NCBI RefSeq assembly: GCF_018350175.1
Contig: NC_058368.1
Location: forward strand, 161,016,001 to 161,080,000
From: Felis catus
Taxonomy: Eukaryota
DNA: 64,000 nucleotides
Reading direction: 5' to 3'
Shown: positions 63,800-64,000 of the stretch, in pieces
Layout: each line of letters opens with the position of its first letter
How positions within the stretch are numbered: the first letter of the stretch is position 1
The notes under the pieces: generated by a model
The model's database searches: none
Seen by the model: only the letters and a program-made list of their open reading frames with translations
Told to the model about the DNA's origin: nothing
Program-made: the position numbers and the translations under genes

Positions 63800-64000
63800 A
63801 TTTTTTAAATGTTTCTTATTTTTGAGAGAGAGAGTGCACATGCACATGCACTTGCTCATGAATGGGGCGAGTGGGGGAAGGGCAAAGAGAGGAGACAGAG
63901 GATCTAAGAGGGCTCTGCCCTGACAGTGGAGAACCCTATGTGTGTGTGTAAGGGGGCGGGGGGCTGGTTTGGGCTGGAACTCATGAAGTGAACTGTGAGA
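63800..64000 (-). mobile_element. CAN-SINE, cut off by the window end
   Basis: 'aatgtttcttatttttgagagagag...ggctctgccctgacagtggagaacc...gaactcatgaag'. Confidence 0.85.

Overview
Repeat-rich, AT-rich mammalian non-coding DNA, almost certainly from a felid. The 26 tRNA-derived CAN-SINEs and the L1 3' UTRs are of feliform type. I find no host protein-coding exon, functional RNA gene or CRISPR array; the supplied ORFs are L1 ORF1/ORF2 remnants, SINE-derived frames or chance frames. Contents: CAN-SINEs (most with readable target-site duplications, TSDs); carnivoran-era L1s, including a 4 kb ORF1/ORF2 fragment, a twin-primed insertion and a 5'UTR/3'-end chimera; older L1M, L2 and MIR fragments; MaLR/ERVL LTRs; an ERVL integrase fossil; a solo ERV1-type LTR; a Zaphod-like hAT fragment; and two inverted copies of an ~840 bp non-autonomous Tigger-like DNA transposon. 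One Tigger-like copy sits inside a carnivoran-type L1 with a TA duplication. I see no evidence for a novel gene system; the best leads concern transposon biology. Repeat family names come from recalled consensus sequences rather than a database search, and boundaries of old repeats are approximate.
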